Shown: positions 58,153-64,000 of the stretch, piece after piece
How positions within the stretch are numbered: position 1 is the first letter of the stretch
How the letters are laid out: each line of letters begins with the position of its first letter
Assembly (NCBI GenBank): GCA_017429505.1
Contig: JAFROW010000010.1
Span: 2,996-66,995, forward strand
DNA: 64,000 nucleotides
Reading direction: 5' to 3'
Source: Clostridia bacterium
GTDB taxonomy: Bacteria; Bacillota; Clostridia; TANB77; CAG-508
Made by a program: the position numbers and the translations under genes
Notes under the pieces: model-generated
Told to the model about the DNA's origin: nothing
Seen by the model: the letters and a program-made list of their open reading frames with translations, nothing else
The model's database searches: none

Positions 58153-60882
58153 CTAATCTTTTCCATTAATCTTAAACAACTTAAATATTTCTACAATCAC
58201 AATAGGTGCAAAAACTAAAGCAACAGTTTCTATAATGTTATTCATAGGTAAAACAGGAATGCTAAATATTTCTCTTAATGCTGGTACAAGTAGAATTACA
58301 AACATAAATGCTGCAGACAAGGCAATTGCACCAAGCAATATTTTATTATTAAATATATTTTGCTTAAATATAGATTTTTTATTATCTCTTATATTAAATA
58401 CATGTACAAGTTCTGATAAAGCTAAAACAATAAATGCCATTGTTTGACCAACTTCAATCTTGCTTTGGTCAAGAGTAAGTGCACCAATTGGTTCTGTTGT
58501 AGTTTTAAGACCTATAATAAATGCTACTAATGTTAATAATCCTATCATTATTCCTTGATACACAATTCTATATGTCATACCTTTAGTAAATATTCCTTTT
58601 GTTTGTTTTAAAGGCTTTCTGTTCATTATGTCTGCGTTTGCTGGGTCAAATGCTAGTGCTAATGCTGGAAGTGAATCTGTTACAAGATTTACCCATAATA
58701 TGTGAATTGGAAGTAATATTTGAAGTGCCCCTGCATTTTCTATTCCACATAATTTTGCAATAATGCCAGAAAATAGTGTTGCTAAAAATAGTACCACAAC
58801 TTCTCCAATATTGCTTGAAAGTAAAAATTGAATTACTTTTAAAATATTGTCATAAATTCTTCTTCCCTCTTCTACTGCTGAAACTACAGTTGCAAAATTA
58901 TCATCTACTAAAATAACATCTGCAGCTTCTTTTGCAACATCTGTACCAACTTTTCCCATTGCACAACCTATGTCTGCATTTTTAAGAGCTGGGCTGTCAT
59001 TAACTCCATCTCCTGTCATTGCAACTATTTCTCCGTTTTTTTGCCATGCTTTTACTATTCTAACTTTATGTTCTGGAGAAACTCTTGCATAAACAGAATA
59101 ATTTCTAATATTTTTTTCTAAATCTTCATCAGATATTTTATCTAATTCTGCTCCTGTTATAGCTTCATTTTCATTTTCTAAAATTCCTAATCTTTTTGCA
59201 ATTGCTGTTGCTGTAATCTTATGATCACCTGTAATCATTACAGTTTTTATTCCTGCAGTTTTACATTTATCAACTGCAAGTTTTGCCTCTTCTCTTGGAG
59301 GGTCTATCATTCCATACATTCCAACATAAGTTAGGTTGCTTTCCATTTCTTCTTTAGATGGCTTATAATCTAATTCTTTATATCCAAATGCAAGAACTCT
59401 TAATGCATCTTTAGCCATTTTTTCGTTTGTATCTGTAATAGTTGGTATAAATGATTTTAAATCATTTTCTATTTTTCCATGGTCTATATATGATGTACAA
59501 ATAGATAGAAGTTCATCTACTCCACCTTTTGTGAAAACTATATATTTTTCTCCTCTTTTATGAACTGTTGTCATTAACTTTCTTTCTGAATCGAATGGAA
59601 TTTCATCTACTCTTGGAAGCTCGTCATACACATTTTGAGTAAATCCCATTTTAAAAGCTATATCTACTAAAGCTGTTTCTGTAGGGTCTCCTGTAAGTGA
59701 ACCATCATCTGCAATTTTTGTATCATTACATACCATTCCATTATATACTAAAAGCTGAACCTCTTGATTGTCTTTGTTATATTTCATAAAATCCGAATTT
59801 TCATCTAAATTGCTTACATCATAAACTGTATGATTTACAAAGACTTTTTGTACAGTCATCTTATTCTGAGTAAGTGTTCCTGTTTTGTCTGAACAAATTA
59901 CACTACTGCTTCCTAGTGTTTCAACTGCTGGAAGCCTTTTTACAATTGCATTTCTTTTTACCATTTTTTGAACACCTATAGCAAGAACTATTGTTGAAAC
60001 TGCAGCTAATCCTTCTGGAATTGCAGCAACTGCTAAACTTACTGCTGTCATAAACATTGAAATAATTTCTCTTCCTTGAATTATTCCTATAATAAATATT
60101 ACTACACATATAATTAAAGATACAATTCCAAGAGTTTTTCCTAGTCCATTTAGTTTCTTTTGAAGAGGAGTTTCTTGTTCTTCTGTTTCAGTAAGCATTT
60201 CTGCAATTTTACCTACTTCAGTCTTCATTCCGATTTCAACAACTATTCCTTTGCCTCTTCCATAAGTAACTAAACTTGACGAAAATAGCATATTTGCTCT
60301 ATCTCCAATTGGCAATTCTTCTTCATCTATTTTGCTTGATTGCTTTTCTACTGGAACAGATTCTCCTGTAAGTGAAGCTTCTTGAGACTTCAAATTTACT
60401 GCTTCAAATATTCTTAAATCTGCTGGGATAAAATCTCCTGTATCTAATACAACTATATCCCCTTCGACAAGCTCTCTTGCAGGAATTGTTTGGATGTTGT
60501 TGTCACGAATTACTTTTGCTTCATGTCCACTTAATTTTTGTAGAGCCTCCAAAGACTTCTCAGCCTTTGCTTCTTGAGCTACTCCAATTATTGCATTTGC
60601 AATTATTACTATCATAATAATAATTGTATCTGTAATTCCTTCTCCTTGTGCAACACCTACAATTCCAGAAACAACAGCAGCAATAATTAATACAATTATC
60701 ATAAAATCTTTAAATTGCTCTAAAAATTTTACAAATAATGATTTTTTCTTTGCTTGTTTTAATTCATTAAATCCATTTTCTTCTTGTCTTTTTTTTGCTT
60801 CAATAGATGTGAGTCCACTTTCCATATTAGTTTGCAGATATTCTTCTACTTCTGTAGCTGTTTTGTTATACCATTTTTCCAT
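58153..60882 (-). CDS. calcium-translocating P-type ATPase (PMCA/SERCA-like). Start at MEKWYNK
   Basis: ICSDKTGTLT phosphorylation motif. TGDGVNDSPALKNADIG. 10 TM helices. AAAGGAG RBS before the ATG at 60880-60882. Confidence 0.9.
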   Translation of the reverse strand: MEKWYNKTATEVEEYLQTNMESGLTSIEAKKRQEENGFNELKQAKKKSLFVKFLEQFKDFMIIVLIIAAVVSGIVGVAQGEGITDTIIIMIVIIANAIIGVAQEAKAEKSLEALQKLSGHEAKVIRDNNIQTIPARELVEGDIVVLDTGDFIPADLRIFEAVNLKSQEASLTGESVPVEKQSSKIDEEELPIGDRANMLFSSSLVTYGRGKGIVVEIGMKTEVGKIAEMLTETEEQETPLQKKLNGLGKTLGIVSLIICVVIFIIGIIQGREIISMFMTAVSLAVAAIPEGLAAVSTIVLAIGVQKMVKRNAIVKRLPAVETLGSSSVICSDKTGTLTQNKMTVQKVFVNHTVYDVSNLDENSDFMKYNKDNQEVQLLVYNGMVCNDTKIADDGSLTGDPTETALVDIAFKMGFTQNVYDELPRVDEIPFDSERKLMTTVHKRGEKYIVFTKGGVDELLSICTSYIDHGKIENDLKSFIPTITDTNEKMAKDALRVLAFGYKELDYKPSKEEMESNLTYVGMYGMIDPPREEAKLAVDKCKTAGIKTVMITGDHKITATAIAKRLGILENENEAITGAELDKISDEDLEKNIRNYSVYARVSPEHKVRIVKAWQKNGEIVAMTGDGVNDSPALKNADIGCAMGKVGTDVAKEAADVILVDDNFATVVSAVEEGRRIYDNILKVIQFLLSSNIGEVVVLFLATLFSGIIAKLCGIENAGALQILLPIHILWVNLVTDSLPALALAFDPANADIMNRKPLKQTKGIFTKGMTYRIVYQGIMIGLLTLVAFIIGLKTTTEPIGALTLDQSKIEVGQTMAFIVLALSELVHVFNIRDNKKSIFKQNIFNNKILLGAIALSAAFMFVILLVPALREIFSIPVLPMNNIIETVALVFAPIVIVEIFKLFKINGKD

Positions 60883-60918
60883 ATATAACTCCTTTCTACG
60901 CACTAAAATTCAATCATT

Positions 60919-61362
60919 CTATTCATCAATTTTAAAAAGATTCGAAATAATTCCTTCTATATCATCTTCTGAATCAATGTATTTATTTATATTACCATAT
61001 TCAATACAATATACTACATATGTTTCGCTAGAATCTTTATCTAAATTTTCTCTTCCATTTTTTGCTAAATTCAATATTTTTATAATTTGTTCACTACTAA
61101 TATTTTTATTTTTATGGTATTCTTTTTCATTAATATTATTGTAATATTTTAATATTGCATTATTTGATAATATATTTACTTTCACACTCATATCTCCATA
61201 TATGCTAATTCCTGCTAATGGATTATTATCATAATAAAAAATATTAATTTCATTGATGTTGCTCTTATTATAATTCTTTGATTTATAAAAATAAAAAAAT
61301 ATAGAAAAAATAGCTAGAGCAACTAATATTAATGCACCTATAATTATTTTTTTCCATTTCAT
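60919..61362 (-). CDS. hypothetical membrane-anchored protein (start at MKWKKIIIGALILVALAIF)
   Basis: Single N-terminal TM helix, then a ~120-aa Asn/Tyr-rich domain. No recognisable motif. Confidence 0.4.
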   Translation of the reverse strand: MKWKKIIIGALILVALAIFSIFFYFYKSKNYNKSNINEINIFYYDNNPLAGISIYGDMSVKVNILSNNAILKYYNNINEKEYHKNKNISSEQIIKILNLAKNGRENLDKDSSETYVVYCIEYGNINKYIDSEDDIEGIISNLFKIDE

Positions 61363-61451
61363 TTGAAGACACATTCCTTTCTTTGTCATTGTACTAATAA
61401 TGTCAATTCTTTTTTGTCCGTACATTTTAGAACCGGTCCCTTTTGCACGCT

Positions 61452-61928
61452 TTACACTTTTTTGTCTTGTTTTTTAAAAATTAAAATCTTACTAAAAACA
61501 AAATTTAAAATTATAACTATAATATTTGCAATTATTTTCATTAGAAGTGCATTCCACCCCAATTTATCAACAGCAACAATCATAATTCCTTCATCTATAG
61601 CAAGTGTAAGTAATCTACATCCATAAAAATACACTAATTCTTTTAATAATTCTTTTTTTGTATTTACTTTTGAATTAAATACATACAGCTTATTTGTTAT
61701 ATATGCAAAAGTTGCACCTATTATCCAAGCTAAAATATTACTTACAGCATTACTTATGTGGAACAAATAATACAATACTGCATATGCAATAATGTTTACT
61801 ATTGTTGTTAATGCCCCAAAGATTAAATATCTCATTCCTTCTTTGTGTTTTCTATACCAATCTGCTAATTTTTTTAGATGTATTTTTTCTAATATTTTTA
61901 AACAAAATTCTTCTAATTTGTCTATCAT
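61452..61928 (-). CDS. GtrA-family membrane protein (polysaccharide/teichoic-acid glycosylation-associated)
   Basis: Four TM helices, RYLIFGALTTIVNIIAYAVLYYLF ... NKLYVFN. Confidence 0.65.
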   Translation of the reverse strand: MIDKLEEFCLKILEKIHLKKLADWYRKHKEGMRYLIFGALTTIVNIIAYAVLYYLFHISNAVSNILAWIIGATFAYITNKLYVFNSKVNTKKELLKELVYFYGCRLLTLAIDEGIMIVAVDKLGWNALLMKIIANIIVIILNFVFSKILIFKKQDKKV

Positions 61929-62086
61929 TTTGAATTCCTCGTTTTATTTTAAAATTGTATAAGAACAAAAAGAGCATGATTAAGAATTGAAGATTTTGCT
62001 CTTCATATATGCTCTATCTTTGTTTTTCATATTAAAAGAAGATTATTCTAGATCTTAGAATAACCCCCTCTTATTATTTTTTATAA

Positions 62087-62362
62087 TTATTCAGCTGATC
62101 CTTCTGCTTCTTCTGGAGCATTGTAAGCTTCTAAAATAGCATTTTGAATCTTTTCTCTTGTTTCTGGATTAATTGGATGAGCTATATCTTTGAATTCTCC
62201 GTTTGGAGTTTTTCTGCTAGGCATAGCAATGAATAATCCATTTTGGCTTTCGATAACTTTGATATCATGAACTGCGAATTCATTATCGAATGTTATAGAA
62301 GCAACAGCCTTCATTCTGTTTTCTGAATTAACCTTTCTTAAACGTACGTCTGTAATTTGCAT
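62087..62362 (-). CDS. spoVG: septation/sporulation regulator SpoVG (start trimmed to [11 protein letters not shown])
   Basis: [57 protein letters not shown]. Confidence 0.9.
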   Translation of the reverse strand: MQITDVRLRKVNSENRMKAVASITFDNEFAVHDIKVIESQNGLFIAMPSRKTPNGEFKDIAHPINPETREKIQNAILEAYNAPEEAEGSAE

Positions 62363-62536
62363 GTTAAGCACCTCTTTCTTTTAGTTAAAATATTTTGTAC
62401 ATACTTTTGTTTTATGTACTAATAATATTATTCTTCATTAAAAAACAAAATCCCTCTTTTTTTTCATATTTTTTTTAAATATTTTTTATATTTTTCGTAG
62501 TATCTATTCAATATTATTAAATACTATTTTTTCATA

Positions 62537-63581
62537 CTAATATTCCTCTATTTTTACATCCTTACCATCAAATGCAAAAACCATTTTTGTAATATTTGTA
62601 AAACCTCTTTCTCTTAAAGAAGTCTCATATTGTTTTTCTTCTATTTGCTTTTTAGCATTTGCAATTGTTTCTTCAATGTCTTTTTCTTTATCTTGTTTAA
62701 AAACTTTAAATTCCATTATAAAACTGTTTGTATTTTTATCCTTTGGCTCTAGCATTATGTCATATCTTCCCATTCCTGACTCTCTGTTAGAATTTACAAC
62801 ATAAGTATCTTTAAGTGACACAAGCATTCCTAATACAAATGCGTGATAAAAATTTTCTGCTGTATCTATTCCTATATCCATATAGCTAAACATTTGCATT
62901 ACAAGAATTTTGAACTTTTCTTTAAATTCTTCTAAATTAAGTGTTACTAAGTCTTTCATTATGCTATTTAAATCATTTCCTATAACTTTATTTGAGAACC
63001 ATTCTCTTATTATTTGAGAAAATAGTATTCTAATTTCGTTATTTACAATTTTTACTTTATATATGCTTTCAGCTAAATCAACTACTTCTGTTACTTTTAA
63101 ATAATCTGTTCCAACAAGCAATCCCCAAATATTATCTTCGTTGTTTTCTATTCCAACTATTATAGTTTCAAGATTTACTTTTGCCTCTATTGCTTCACCT
63201 TTCATTAGTCTTTCTATTCTTTCTTTTACACTGCTTGACTTTGTTAGAATTAGTTTTATTAAATCATTTGAGCTTGTATTTACCCAATATGGTACTAGTT
63301 TTCTATCTGTTAAAAAATTTAATATACTCCATGGATTATATATTCCTTCTGTATTTCCTATTCTATAGCCATCATACAATTTTTTTATTTCTTCTACATT
63401 TTCTTTTATTTCAAAATCTGATAATACTTTATCTATTTCTTCTGTTGTTATTCTCCATTGTTTTATTGAAATATTTAATAATATCTTTTGCTTTTCTGTA
63501 ACAACTGTCTTTAGTGTAATGAGAAAACGCTCTCATTTCCATGTCTTCCTTTAACTTAATTAATATTTCTTCGTTTGACAT
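62537..63581 (-). pseudogene. gene remnant: C-terminal end of an AAA-ATPase-like domain (..YDGYRIGNTEGIYNPWSILNFL) + PD-(D/E)XK_9/DUF1703 nuclease-like domain. The N-terminal ATPase domain is missing and a 1-nt frameshift follows the start
   Basis: ATG at 63579-63581 with an AAAGGAGG RBS reads 46 codons, then the frame shifts into the 280-aa ORF (TTG-started in the track). GRYDIML is a DUF1703-like motif. Confidence 0.4.
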
Positions 63582-63930
63582 AGAAAAAACCTCCTTTAAA
63601 ATATATTTTCGCGAATTATTTCACATAATATATTTCAAAGTAGATTTACACTATTTGCAAGTGTTTTCTTATATTTTATCAGAGTTTTTGCATCTTTTGA
63701 CCACGCGGAACGCGTTTAGTACGTAGCAAATAATTTAATAAAAATAAAATCAAAAAGAAAAAATGAGATTCTAGTTAAAATTATAACTTGAATCTCATTT
63801 TTCTAACGGACTTTTTTACATCCCCTATGACTAATCTATTATATGTAGTAGTATTATTTAGTATTTCTGTAAATTTTAATAAAGCTAAGATCTAAAAATA
63901 TTATACAACTAAATATGAGATTTATCATTA

Positions 63931-64000
63931 TTATCCATCGTAATAGTACGATAATTTGTAAGTGCCACCATCGTCTATGCTAAGAATAGTATCTGAAGAT
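63931..64000 (-). CDS. 3' end of an unidentified minus-strand CDS entering from beyond the window (...SSDTILSIDDGGTYKLSYYYDG*)
   Basis: Open minus-strand frame from the window edge to the TAA at 63931-63933. Too short to identify. Confidence 0.2.
   Translation of the reverse strand, partial: SSDTILSIDDGGTYKLSYYYDG

Noticed and set aside
1-64000. Search for CRISPR arrays, rRNA, tRNA, IS elements, integrases and restriction-modification genes
   Set aside because: No regularly spaced direct repeats with unique spacers, no tRNA-like cloverleaf candidates in the gaps examined, and no transposase/integrase-like ORFs. The only mobile-like features are the short structured repeats in the ribosomal cluster.

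Overview
Visibly AT-rich chromosomal segment from a low-GC, endospore-forming Firmicute (Clostridia-like). Almost all genes lie on the minus strand. No rRNA, tRNA, CRISPR array, transposase or integrase was seen.

Gene content, in order:
- secreted protein (partial), SDR oxidoreductase, and a truncated dcw start: mraZ, a 504-nt spacer, rsmH, ftsL
- spoVAC-spoVAD-spoVAE tricistron, rubrerythrin, a HigB/HigA-like toxin-antitoxin pair, a CarD-family regulator
- pheS-pheT behind a Phe T-box leader, with a phosphodiesterase and a CPBP protease inserted between them
- a three-gene ABC-2 exporter, an SH3b-CAP protein, a metallophosphoesterase
- gatC, an inserted membrane ORF, gatA, gatB; a MATE exporter; RNase III; a cysteine-less radical-SAM-like paralog; a NucA/EndA-like nuclease
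- the contiguous S10-spc-alpha ribosomal cluster (rpsJ to rplQ)
- a cohesin/dockerin three-gene locus, a frameshifted dprA, cwlD, a Ca2+ P-type ATPase, a GtrA-family protein and spoVG

Two observations stand out:
1. A ~100-nt structured element occurs five times, in both orientations, only in the intergenic spacers of the ribosomal-protein cluster. Its central hairpin shows compensatory base changes between copies. The same cluster has a foreign ORF translationally coupled between rplW and rplB, a DUF285/BspA leucine-rich-repeat surface protein between adk and map, and no rpmD (L30).
2. A compact cohesin-dockerin locus: a secreted protein with a dockerin repeat pair sits next to a sortase-signal-bearing scaffold with two near-identical cohesin-like modules and a membrane-anchored protein with a third cohesin-like module.

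Other points: a promoter-to-terminator candidate sRNA beside the TA pair, an MraZ operator with GTGGT repeats at 10-bp periodicity, and a truncated AAA-ATPase-like/PD-(D/E)XK gene remnant.

All calls rest on manual reading of the ORF track and the sequence. No database search was possible.
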